This document shows, in pieces, positions 10,850 to 22,127 of a DNA stretch of 64,000 nt. Position 1 is the stretch's first letter; the number at the start of each line of letters is the position of its first letter. Location: positions 264,223-328,222 of the forward strand of contig JABFGC010000002.1 of NCBI GenBank assembly GCA_013112685.1. The letters are read 5' to 3'. The position numbers and the translations under genes were made by a program. The DNA comes from Chloroflexota bacterium. Its GTDB lineage: Bacteria > Chloroflexota > Anaerolineae > Anaerolineales > Villigracilaceae. Below the pieces are notes generated by a model. It saw nothing but the letters and a program-made list of their open reading frames with translations. It ran no database searches and was not told the DNA's origin.

Positions 10850-11857
10850 ATGGAAATCTGTTATCTGCTCGCGTTCCCCGATTCGGCGGAGGGAAAAATC
10901 CCGCCGCCCGAACAATTCACGGGTCTGAAGGATGCGCCCTACTTCAAACCGGTGGATATTGACCTCGTCACCCTCGGCGAAGAGACACTCATCGTAGAAG
11001 GCTATGCCGTCGCCGTGACCCGCCAGCGTTACGACGATCAGGTGCAAATGGTCGAATGTCGTTACGACCTCGACGACCCCTTCACGGCGTCCGCCTTGAA
11101 AGACCGGCTCAAGATTCAAAGCGCGCTGCAAAGCCGCTACATCCCTGAAAAACACCGTCAGAGCGGCATGTACGAGGAATACAGCATCCTGCTGGTGCAG
11201 CACGCCAAGCCCGCGCCCGATAAATGGCTGGAAAGATACGCAGTCCCCATTTCCACCTTTATCCGCTCCCAGCGCGATACGCTCGATAAGACCGAGATCG
11301 AAGGAATCCTCCAGGCGCGCGTGCATTACTCCGCGCAGGAAATGACCGTGGTGGATTGGGAAGGCGCGGTCATCATCGCCCCCAATGCCGATTACCGATC
11401 CGACATCGCGCTCATCAAGATCGGCAACTACCAGCTCCTGCGCTACCGCATGTTGGACCAGACCATCGAAGACATGCTCGACAAGATCCGCGATACCTTC
11501 TTCGGCAGCCAGAAACGCCCGCGTCCCACGCGCGGACTCATCCGCCAGATCGCGGAGCACAAACTCGAAATCATGCTCGACTTCGAACGCGCCGAACAGA
11601 ACATGCTGCTCATCGGCGATTGGTACACCGCCGACCTGTACGAAGCCATCCACGACCAGTTCTATCTCAAGGACTGGAAGGAAAACGTCAAAAACAAACT
11701 CGATAACCTCGAAGGCATCGTCGGAACCATCAAGGACAACTTCTCGCTTTCGTGGGAGGGTCTGATGGAGCGCGCCGAACTCATCGGCTGGGTGGTACTG
11801 CTCATCGGCTACCTCTACCTCTTCTTCGTTCAGGACCTGGCGAAAGCGGGTCCATAG
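10850..11857 (+). CDS. Hypothetical protein with coiled-coil and C-terminal TM (RMD1/CorA-like architecture)
   Basis: Long ORF within operon, RBS agga, IGDWY...DWKENV..KL segment then hydrophobic C-terminus. Confidence 0.6.
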   Translation: MEICYLLAFPDSAEGKIPPPEQFTGLKDAPYFKPVDIDLVTLGEETLIVEGYAVAVTRQRYDDQVQMVECRYDLDDPFTASALKDRLKIQSALQSRYIPEKHRQSGMYEEYSILLVQHAKPAPDKWLERYAVPISTFIRSQRDTLDKTEIEGILQARVHYSAQEMTVVDWEGAVIIAPNADYRSDIALIKIGNYQLLRYRMLDQTIEDMLDKIRDTFFGSQKRPRPTRGLIRQIAEHKLEIMLDFERAEQNMLLIGDWYTADLYEAIHDQFYLKDWKENVKNKLDNLEGIVGTIKDNFSLSWEGLMERAELIGWVVLLIGYLYLFFVQDLAKAGP

Positions 11858-11865
11858 GAGAACTC

Positions 11866-12993
11866 ATGAACATCCTGCAAAAATTCTTCAACCCGTCCAG
11901 GCCCCTGCCCGAGGGCATGCACCACTTGCAAGCCGTGCAGGATGAAAAACCCTATCGCATTCACCTGCGTCTGCAAAAAGACGGCTCCGGCATCCTCGTT
12001 CTCAACGCCGCCACCGTCCTGCAGCTCAACCCCACCGCCGCCGAATATGCCTTTCACTTCATCAAAGGCACGGCTCCCGAAGAAGCCGCAAAGCAAATTG
12101 CCGATCGGTATCGCGTCAGCCGGAAGACCGCCCTCGCGGACTTCAACAACTTTGTGGAGCGGATTCACGCCCTCATTGCCACTCCCGACCTCGACCCCGC
12201 CTCTTTCCCGGACTTTGAGCGGGCGCACCCCCATTCAGCGGATTCCACCCTCCGGCTGGATTGCGCCATCACCTACCGCCTGCCCGCAGGGACTCGCGCC
12301 GAATACGCGCCGGTCAAGCGCGTGGAGCGCGAACTCACCACCGAAGAATGGATGACCATCCTCGACAAAGCCTGGGCGGCGGGCGTTCCGCACATCATCT
12401 TCACCGGCGGCGAAGCGACCCTGCGCAACGACCTGCCGCAATTGATCGCCCACGCCGAGAAGAACGGTCAGGTCTGCGGCTTGCTCACCGACGGCTTGAA
12501 ATTGACGGAGAAAACCTACTTTGAGACTCTCCTACAAACCGGGTTGGATCACATCATGCTCATCCTGCAGCCCGACGACCCGCGCTCATGGGACGCCATC
12601 GAGATCATCGTCCCGCAGGATATTTTCCTGACCGTGCATCTCACCGTCAACAGGGAAAACGTCGGAAAAGCGGAGGAGATTCTCCAGCGTATTGCCTACC
12701 TCGGCGTGGAGAATGTTTCGCTCAGCGCCGCCGATGATTCCCTCGTGGATGAAATGCTCGAACTGCAAAGCGCCGCCCAATCCCCGGCGCTCAACCTGCG
12801 CTGGGACCTGCCCGTGCCATACTCCACCGCCAACCCGGTCTCCATCGAAACCGTGGACGACGCCGTTCCGCAGGGCGCGGGCAAAACCTGGCTGTATGCC
12901 GAACCGGATGGGGATATCCTGCCTGCCCAGGGCGAACCGGATAAGGTGATGGGAAATCTGCTGAGGGATGATTGGGAGGATTTAGTTCGATAA
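11866..12993 (+). CDS. Degenerate PqqD/RRE-radical SAM paralogue lacking Fe-S cysteines
   Basis: Colinear with 9457 protein (RIHLRL, LNPTAA, FTGGEATLRNDLP) but no CxxxCxxC; LPCQ is LPAQ; SPASM truncated. Confidence 0.85.
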   Translation: MNILQKFFNPSRPLPEGMHHLQAVQDEKPYRIHLRLQKDGSGILVLNAATVLQLNPTAAEYAFHFIKGTAPEEAAKQIADRYRVSRKTALADFNNFVERIHALIATPDLDPASFPDFERAHPHSADSTLRLDCAITYRLPAGTRAEYAPVKRVERELTTEEWMTILDKAWAAGVPHIIFTGGEATLRNDLPQLIAHAEKNGQVCGLLTDGLKLTEKTYFETLLQTGLDHIMLILQPDDPRSWDAIEIIVPQDIFLTVHLTVNRENVGKAEEILQRIAYLGVENVSLSAADDSLVDEMLELQSAAQSPALNLRWDLPVPYSTANPVSIETVDDAVPQGAGKTWLYAEPDGDILPAQGEPDKVMGNLLRDDWEDLVR

Positions 12994-13115
12994 TTGCCAT
13001 GGCGCGCGGCGCGCGAACCATCCCTGGCTGGCATAAGTCAAACTGTCTGCGAAGTGAAAGGCTTGGGCGAGGGGACAGGCTCCAGGTCCCGAATGAGGCG
13101 GGGTAAAATCAAGGC

Positions 13116-13857
13116 ATGAGTGAATTGGTCCAATCCATCCGTGAACGCTATCTTGCAACGCTGGATAAAATCGCATCCGCCGCAAAAAGGGCGGGGCGCA
13201 ACCCCGAATCCGTCAAACTGGTGGTGGTCATAAAGGCTCAGCCGGTGGAGGTGGCGCGCGCCGCCATCGAGGCGGGCGCGGCGATTCTGGGGGAGAATTA
13301 CGCCGAAGAAGGCGTTATGAAAATTCAATCCTTGCGCGATTTTTCTGCGGTAGAATGGCACATGATCGGTCACGTCCAAAGCCGCAAGGCGGCGCTCGTG
13401 GCTGGGAACTTTAACTTCATGCACTCGCTCGACAGTCTGAAACTGGCTAAACGGCTGGACCGTTTTGCCGGTGAGGCGGGCAGGAAACTGCCGGTTTTGC
13501 TGGAGTTCAACGTGGGCGGCGAGGGAGAGCAAGAGCGGCTGGAATGCTCGGGATGAGGCGCGCTGGGGCGAACTGCTGGAGGAACTCGCCCAGACGCTTG
13601 CCCTGCCGAATTTGCAGGTGCGCGGGCTGATGTCCATGCCGCCGCTGGGCGATACGGCGGAGTTCTCGCGCCCGTTCTTTCAGCAATTGCGGCGTTTGCA
13701 GGGGTTTCTCGCGGCGCAGTTTCCGCAGGCGGATTTTTCGGAGCTTTCGATGGGAACCAGCTTGGATTATGAAACGGCTGTGGAAGAGGGCGCCACCTTT
13801 GTGCGGGTTGGGACGGCGATCCTGGGTCCCCGGGTTTACAAAACGGAGACGGGATGA
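13116..13857 (+). CDS. yggS: PLP homeostasis protein YggS (frameshift near 13525)
   Basis: LGENY, WHMIGHVQS, LSMGTSLDYETAVEEGATFVRVG. Confidence 0.92.
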
Positions 13858-14115
13858 GCGTTGATTTTTTGATTTTGTTTATACGGGTAATTTCCAGCAC
13901 CTTCATTTGGATCGTGATCGCTTCCTCTTTGCTGTCGTTCTTTCTTTCGCCCTACCACCCGATCTGCGAGGCGCTGGGACCGGATCGTTGCGCCGTTCCT
14001 GAACCCGATCCGCAATCTCATGCCGAACATGGGCGGGCTCGATTTCAGCCCGTTGATTCTGATCCTGGCGGTGGAAGTCCTGGCTCGAATCCTGATATCC
14101 ATTCTGACTTACTGA
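13854..14115 (+). CDS. yggT: YggT family membrane protein (frameshift near 13978)
   Basis: Corrected frame reads PFLNPIRNLMPNMGGLDFSPLIL; follows yggS. Confidence 0.85.
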
Positions 14116-14126
14116 CGAGGTGAACC

Positions 14127-14435
14127 ATGCCAAGAAAATATGTCCTCCATGACGGCAGGCGCGGGTCGGCGCTGGCGGTGCGGGTGACTCCGCGCGCGAG
14201 CCGCAACCAGATCGTCGGCGTGATGAACGACGGGACGATCAAGGTGCATCTTGCCGCGGGTCCCGGCGACGATGAAGGCAATGCGGAATTGCTGGAATTT
14301 CTCGCCGAGGTGCTCGGCGTGCCGCGGACGCGCATGGAGATTGTGGCTGGCGAAAATGGACGGGACAAACTGATCTCGATCCTGGATATGGATGCGCAGA
14401 CGGCTCACCAGCGCATCGTGGCGCACATGGATTGA
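14127..14435 (+). CDS. yggU: DUF167 (YggU) protein
   Basis: AVRVTPRASRN, EGNAELLEFLAEVLGV, GENGRDK; yggS-yggT context. Confidence 0.85.
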   Translation: MPRKYVLHDGRRGSALAVRVTPRASRNQIVGVMNDGTIKVHLAAGPGDDEGNAELLEFLAEVLGVPRTRMEIVAGENGRDKLISILDMDAQTAHQRIVAHMD

Positions 14436-14639
14436 GTTGATCAATTGTTGAAAAGGCGCGTTCCTGCCTGCTCTTGTGAGTCTGCGCAGTGACGCGCTTT
14501 TTGTTTTTTTCTTTCTACCGTACATTCAGAACGTTTACCGCCGAGACGCAAAGCACGCCAAGTTTTTAAGGCTTTCTTGGCGACCTTGGCCTCTTGGCGG
14601 TTCGATTTTGTTAATTTGTACGGTAGAAGTTTTTTTGAA

Positions 14640-17062
14640 TTATCCACCGGCGCTATACAACCGCCTGTAAATCACAAAGATCTCATAAATAAATCTTATG
14701 TAATTGCGCGTTTCCTCGAAGCGTATGCTTTCCAGGAACAGGTCGGGGTCGTCTCCGGCGAGCTGCTTCCACTCGAGCGCGTTGCCGGGACCGCCGTTAT
14801 ACGCCGCCAAGGTTGCAAACAAATCGCCGCCAAACAATGAGCGGTTTTTACTCAGATAATATGTGCCAAACATTATGCTGACATAAGGGCGGTATAGGTC
14901 GTTCTCCGTATAGCCGATCGGTCTTCCAAGTTCCGAGGCGATCTGCGCGCCGGTGGTTGGTATAACCTGCATCAAACCGCGCGCGCCCGCGCCCGAACTG
15001 ACAAATCCCTCGAAGAGACTTTCCTGCCGGACGACGCTGAAAATAAAAAGCGGGTCGAACCCGTTCTTCTGCGCTTCGGGGATGACCAGTTCCGGGTAAT
15101 ACAACCCATAGCGGATATGGCTGAAATATGCGGGCGCCATCATGGATTCGGCGTGTTCGTCCAGCCCGGCAATCGTCAGCACCTGGCGCGCGGCGAAGAT
15201 GGCGGAACGGTACAAGCCCAAATCCAGCAGGTGGTTGGCAAGCCGGTAACTGCCGACGGCATCCAGGTTAGTTTCCAGTTCTTCGCGCAAATCCTCGAAC
15301 TCCGCCTTCGCCTCTTCATACATGCCCAATGCCCAATATTCCCCGCCGCGAATCACGCGCGGGTCTGCGGCGAGCGGACCGAGTCCGCTCAAATCCACGT
15401 CGTTGCCGAGGTTGAAGGTCAGGCGCACCCAGGCATCGGCATCGGCGCGCTCCTGCGCGAGGTTGACGGTGAGGTTCACGGATGTCCCCGCTTCTGAAGG
15501 GAGCGCGTTCCACCAGCAGGTCGCGCGCGCGTTCGCTGTAGTATCCGCCGGGGTTGAGGTTTTGACCCTCGCGCCGGGTATCTGCCGCGGCGGTGAAATC
15601 GCCGAGTTTCTGCTGCGATTTGCCGATCCACAACATTGCGCGCGAACGGTCGGGTGGGGAACTGGAAAGCGCCAGGCTGCGTTTGAACGCATCCAGCGCG
15701 AATTGATAGTTGCCCCGGCGGTAATCCACCACGCCGATCAGGAACGCGGCGTACGAAGATTGCTGCGACCCCGGGTATTCAAGGGTCACACGCGACCAGG
15801 TTTCGATGGCTTTGTCGTACTGCCCGTCGCGTTCGTAGATGCGCGCCGCGCTCATCAGGTAATCTGCGGCGAGCGAGTTGGCGGGCGAAATGCGCACGAA
15901 TTCCAACAGCGTCTCTGCGGCTTTGTTGTAATCCCCCTTTTGCGTCCATTCGATGAATGCCTTCTCGCCCCAGGCTTCGCCCCAGCGCGGGTGCGCCGAA
16001 AAATTGGAGATAAAGATTTCGTAATCAATCAGGGCTTCGTCGTACTGGCTCAAATTGCTTTTGGAAAGCGCGCGGTAGTAATACGCCGTCCCATCGTTAT
16101 CGGTAGGGTTGACTTCGAGATAGCGGTCGAAGGCTGCAATGGCGACGGCATACTGCCCCGCGAAATAATCCACCAGCCCGCGATCCAATTCGCTGACTGT
16201 GCCGCCCGCATCCAACAGCGCCACCAGGCTGAGATAGGAATAATAGGATCGCGGATAATTTTCCACGGCGAATTTGAACTTTTCGAGCGCCGCCTCGTTC
16301 TGACCTTGAAGTTGGTTCACCAACCCGGCTTCGTACAACGCCTGAGCCTTGACGTAATCGCTCCCGGCGCGCGCCGCGATGCCGTCGTACAAAGCCAGCG
16401 CTTCGTTGTAATTGCCCAGTTTCGCCTGTGTCCCCGCGATCTTTAGATCCAGCGTCACATCGTCTCCCAAAGCGGGCGCCTGGACGGCGGCTGTATAAGC
16501 GGATAATGCCTCCGCGTAGTTGTTCGCGCTGAAGAGCGCATCGCCGCGCAGTTCCTGCACGTACGCATCCAGGTAGCCGGGACGCAGCGTGAGATAGGTC
16601 TGCCACGAGTCTACGGCGGCGGGATAATTTTCCAGCCTGTAGTAGACGAATCCCTGGAGGAAATACGCATACGAAAATTGCGGCGACTGAGGATATTCCG
16701 TGATGAGCGTTTGGAGAGCCGCCAGCGTTTCGTTGTAACGCCCCTGGGCATAATAAATGCGCGCCTCGCCCCATTTTGCCGCCGCGCGGATCAACGGGTC
16801 GGGCGAATCCTGCAATGCCACCTGGTATTGCAGAAGCGCGGCGTCATAGTCTCCGTGGAAGAAGGCGGTATCGCCCACGCCGACGCGCGCCGTTGGCAGT
16901 GGCGTCGGCGTGATGGTGGGGGTGAACGTCGCTTCGGGGGGTGGGGGAAAGGCTGGGAGTCACCGTCCAGCCGGGGGGAATGTTGGGGAAATTTTCCAGC
17001 GCAGAACAAGCCGTGATGGACAGGGCAAGCCAAAGTCCAAGAAAGAGGCGCAGTTTTTTCAT
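14640..17062 (-). CDS. TPR-repeat lipoprotein with C-terminal soluble lytic transglycosylase domain (two frameshifts)
   Basis: Lipobox ITAC, TPR repeats, RQES, GLMQ, AAYNGG, ETRNY. Confidence 0.88.
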
Positions 17063-17232
17063 CCCGTTTTTATACTGGTAAATGGGGGGAGCGTCAAGCA
17101 AGGGGTTTATTCTGTTTTCAGGATTTATTGTATTCGGGAATGTGATGCACTATAATCTTTTTACAACCCATTCCAAGCCTTGTCGCGGATTTTTAGATCC
17201 GGGCAAGGCTATTAATAATGCAAAGGAGAGAA

Positions 17233-18387
17233 ATGAACACACACCACAAAATCCATCGCCTGGCTCGGTTGATTTTGTCGAGCGTGCTGTTGCTCGCCGC
17301 GGCGGCGTGCGCGGCGGGTGGTGAGCCTGCTCCCGAAGAGGAGGGACTGGTCACGTCCAGCGGCTTCGCCTGCCCGGAACCAAACCCGCGCATCGAATTC
17401 GAAAGTGAAACGATCAACATCTTTACGTGGACCGAATACGTCCCGGCGGATATCTTCGATTGTTTCGGTTTGGTGTACGGCGTGGAAGTGAACGTGGATT
17501 ACTTCTCATCCAACGAGGAGTTGTATTCCAAGATTTCGCTGGGCGAGGATATTGACCCGTACGATGTCGTCCACCCCAGCGATTACATGATCGGCGTGTT
17601 GATCCGCGAAGGCATCCTCGCGGAACTCGATGCGGAGAAACTGCCGAATTTATCGAACCTCGACCCGAACCTGACCGCCGCCTACGGCAATGCGGCGAAT
17701 TATGTCGTGCCGTATCAGATGGGCACGCAAGCCATCATCTACAACAGCGATACGGTGGAGACCGCGCCGAACTCCTGGGCGGATTTGTGGAAGCCCGAAT
17801 ATGAAGGGCGTATCGTGGCGGTGGACGACAGCCGCGTCATCATCGGAGCGGCGCTGTTGACGCTCGGCTACGACGTGAACGAGACCGACCCCGCCCATCT
17901 CGAAGAGGCAAAGCAGAAACTGCTCGACCTGATGCCGAACATCCGTGTGTTCGACAGCGACAGCCCGAAGACCCCGCTCCTGGCTGGCGATGTGGATTTG
18001 GGCATCGTCTGGAACGGGGAAGCCTTCCTCGCCGCGCAGGAGAATCCCGCCTTCAAGTATGTATTCCCCGAAGAAGGCTCGATCATCTTCTACGACGGCA
18101 TGGCGATTCCCGTCACCGCGCCGCATCCAGATATTGCGTATGCTTGGTTCAACTACCTCCTGCAGGGCGATACCAACTGGCTGACGCTGGTGGATTATCC
18201 CTACACCAACCCGAACAAAGCCGCACTGGAATACGCAAAAACAAACCACCCCGATGTGTACGAAGCGTATATCTCTTCGCCCATCACCAACACGCCCGCC
18301 GAAATGTTCGACAAGGGTCATGAAGTGATTGACCTCGGCGAAGCCCTGTTGTTGTACGATGAAATCTGGACGGAAATAAAACAATAA
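17233..18387 (+). CDS. potD: Spermidine/putrescine ABC substrate-binding lipoprotein
   Basis: Lipobox AAAC, TWTEY, FSSNEEL, PSDYM, WNGEA, PEEG. Confidence 0.85.
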   Translation: MNTHHKIHRLARLILSSVLLLAAAACAAGGEPAPEEEGLVTSSGFACPEPNPRIEFESETINIFTWTEYVPADIFDCFGLVYGVEVNVDYFSSNEELYSKISLGEDIDPYDVVHPSDYMIGVLIREGILAELDAEKLPNLSNLDPNLTAAYGNAANYVVPYQMGTQAIIYNSDTVETAPNSWADLWKPEYEGRIVAVDDSRVIIGAALLTLGYDVNETDPAHLEEAKQKLLDLMPNIRVFDSDSPKTPLLAGDVDLGIVWNGEAFLAAQENPAFKYVFPEEGSIIFYDGMAIPVTAPHPDIAYAWFNYLLQGDTNWLTLVDYPYTNPNKAALEYAKTNHPDVYEAYISSPITNTPAEMFDKGHEVIDLGEALLLYDEIWTEIKQ

Positions 18388-19422
18388 ATGCGCTCCGTAT
18401 TTTGGGAAGATAACCAACTCAGGATGATTGACCAGCGCATCCTGCCGGCGCGCTTTGAACTTGTCTCGTTCCGCAGGCACGCGGATGTGGCGCAGGCAAT
18501 CAAGGAGATGGTAGTGCGCGGCGCGCCCGCGATTGGGGCGGCGGCGGCGTTTGGGCTTGCCCTCGCTGGATACGAATCCGCTTCATCCTCGATCCGCGAC
18601 CTGCTCGCCGATCTCCAAGCCGCGGCGAACACCCTGAGAGCCGCCCGCCCGACGGCGGTCAATCTGGCGTGGGCGTTGGATAGAGTGATGCGTGTTGCGT
18701 ATTCCGTAAATGGTAATGCAGATGATGTGCGCGCGGCGATGTTGAACGAGGCGCAAAAGATCGCGGACGAAGACGTGGAGATCAACAAACGCATGGCGGA
18801 GCATGGCGCAGCGTTGATCAACGATGGCGATACGGTCATCCATCACTGCAACACGGGCGCGCTCGCCACCGTGGATTGGGGCACCGCGCTGGGAGTCATT
18901 CGCACAGCGCACGAGCAGGGCAAGCGGATTCACGTCCTGGTGGATGAGACCCGCCCGCGCCTGCAAGGGGCGCGTCTCACCGCGTGGGAACTGGAGCAAT
19001 ACGGCATTCCGTACGAGATCATCAGCGACAACATGGCGGGTTATTTCCTGAAGGCGGGCAAAGTGCAGAAGTGCTTCGTCGGCTCGGACCGCACCGCCGC
19101 CAACGGCGACGTGGCGAACAAGATCGGTACATACATGCTGGCGCTGGCGGCGTTCGATAACGGCGTGCCGTTCTATCCCGTCGTGCCGACCTCCACGATT
19201 GACCTTTCGCTCGCCAGCGGCGATTTGATTCCCATCGAAGAGCGGAATCCCGATGAAGTGCTCGATATCCAGTTCAAGGGGGAGCGAGTTGCGCCTGTCG
19301 AAGCGCAAGCCCGCAACCCCGCCTTCGATGTCACACCCGCGCGTTTGGTCACCGCCATCGTCACCGAAAACGGTATTGCATACCCGCCGTTCGAGGAGAG
19401 TTTGAGGAAGGTTGTAAAATAA
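18388..19422 (+). CDS. mtnA: Methylthioribose-1-phosphate isomerase
   Basis: VRGAPAIG, RPTAVNL, HCNTGALAT, DETRP, NKIGTY, NPAFDVTP. Confidence 0.96.
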   Translation: MRSVFWEDNQLRMIDQRILPARFELVSFRRHADVAQAIKEMVVRGAPAIGAAAAFGLALAGYESASSSIRDLLADLQAAANTLRAARPTAVNLAWALDRVMRVAYSVNGNADDVRAAMLNEAQKIADEDVEINKRMAEHGAALINDGDTVIHHCNTGALATVDWGTALGVIRTAHEQGKRIHVLVDETRPRLQGARLTAWELEQYGIPYEIISDNMAGYFLKAGKVQKCFVGSDRTAANGDVANKIGTYMLALAAFDNGVPFYPVVPTSTIDLSLASGDLIPIEERNPDEVLDIQFKGERVAPVEAQARNPAFDVTPARLVTAIVTENGIAYPPFEESLRKVVK

Positions 19423-19646
19423 AAGAAAAATTGGTATAAATTTCGCGCGCCTGGTAAGCGCCGCCCCGTTTTGATTTTGACAAGAAATACTGCCATATTC
19501 GATTCGATGATTCGATCTAGCCTAAATGGATGGGTGAAAATTCATCTATTGAAAAACTTTACATCCGCAAAAGCCCGTGATAAACTTTTGCCCGTTCGTC
19601 ATTCCAGCGCACTCGCAAGGGTGCGCCTTTTTCTGCGAGTTGCATT

Positions 19647-20603
19647 ATGGATGTTCTGCTGACAGGCTCTGTAGCCTACGATTACCTCATGACCTTTCCC
19701 GGTCATTTCAAGGAGCAAATCCTGCCCGAACGGCTGGAATCCATCAGCCTGTCCTTTTTGGTGGACGGCATGACCAAGCAGCGCGGCGGCATTGCCCCGA
19801 ACATTGCTTACACCATGGCGCTGCTTGGACAAAAGCCGCGCGTGATGGCGACCGTCGGCGAGGATTTCGAGGATTACCGCAAGTGGCTGGAATCCAAAGG
19901 CGTGGACACCTCGCTGATGCAGGTCGTCCCCGGCGTGTTTACCGCCTCGTTCTTTGCAACGACGGACCGGGTCTCTGCCCAAATTGCTTCCTTCTACCCG
20001 GGAGCGATGGCGCACTCTGCCACACAGTCCCTCAAAGCGTTGGACAAAAAACCCGACCTGGTCATCGTCTCTCCCAGTTCGCCCGATGCGATGATGAAAT
20101 TTCCCGCCGAATGCCGCGAGTTGGGCATCCCGTATTTGTATGATCCCAGCCAGCAGGTATTGCGACTCGAGGGTCACGAACTGGCGCGGGATATGGAGGG
20201 CGCGTACTTCCTTTTCTGCAACGACTATGAGTTCGGCTTGATCTCGAAGAAGACCGGCTGGAGCCTCGATCAGATCCTCGAACACGTCAAGGTGCTGGTT
20301 ATCACGCGCGGCAAGGATGGCGCGGATTTGTACTCCGATGGCGATTCGGTCCACATCCCCACCGTGCCCGAAGACGAGATCGTCGACCCGACCGGGGTGG
20401 GCGACGCCTTCCGCGGCGGATTCCTCGCCGGTTATTCGCACGGCTTCGACTGGAAACTGTGCGGCGAGATCGGCTCGCTTTCGGCGGTATACTGCCTCGA
20501 ACAGCGCGGCACGCAGAATCATTCCTACACTCGCGAAGAATTCGTCCAACGCTTCCGCAGGCACTTCGACGATAGCGGGAAGTTGGAAGTATTATTAAAG
20601 TAA
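19647..20603 (+). CDS. PfkB-family adenosine/nucleoside kinase
   Basis: GSVAYD, ASFYPGAM, DPTGVGDAFRGG; adjacent to ahcY. Confidence 0.88.
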   Translation: MDVLLTGSVAYDYLMTFPGHFKEQILPERLESISLSFLVDGMTKQRGGIAPNIAYTMALLGQKPRVMATVGEDFEDYRKWLESKGVDTSLMQVVPGVFTASFFATTDRVSAQIASFYPGAMAHSATQSLKALDKKPDLVIVSPSSPDAMMKFPAECRELGIPYLYDPSQQVLRLEGHELARDMEGAYFLFCNDYEFGLISKKTGWSLDQILEHVKVLVITRGKDGADLYSDGDSVHIPTVPEDEIVDPTGVGDAFRGGFLAGYSHGFDWKLCGEIGSLSAVYCLEQRGTQNHSYTREEFVQRFRRHFDDSGKLEVLLK

Positions 20604-21989
<1,386 letters not shown>

Positions 21990-22012
21990 GTCAGTTAGCA
22001 GTAATCAGTGAC

Positions 22013-22046
22013 GCCTCGCGGATCATGATGTCCGCGAGGCTTTTTT
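22013..22046 (+). terminator. Rho-independent terminator after ahcY
   Basis: gcctcgcgga...tccgcgaggc followed by T run. Confidence 0.85.
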
Positions 22047-22127
22047 AGAGAGCGCTTGGAGGTTGGGTCACGCTTTGGGAACGGTGGCAGAAACGAGGTC
22101 GGGAAGGAGGCGATGGCTGCATCCGTT

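Noticed and set aside
19423-19646. SAM or SAH riboswitch before adenosine kinase-ahcY
   Set aside because: Only a hairpin with a T run (about 19606-19632) is visible; no aptamer consensus recognised. An Rfam scan would settle it.
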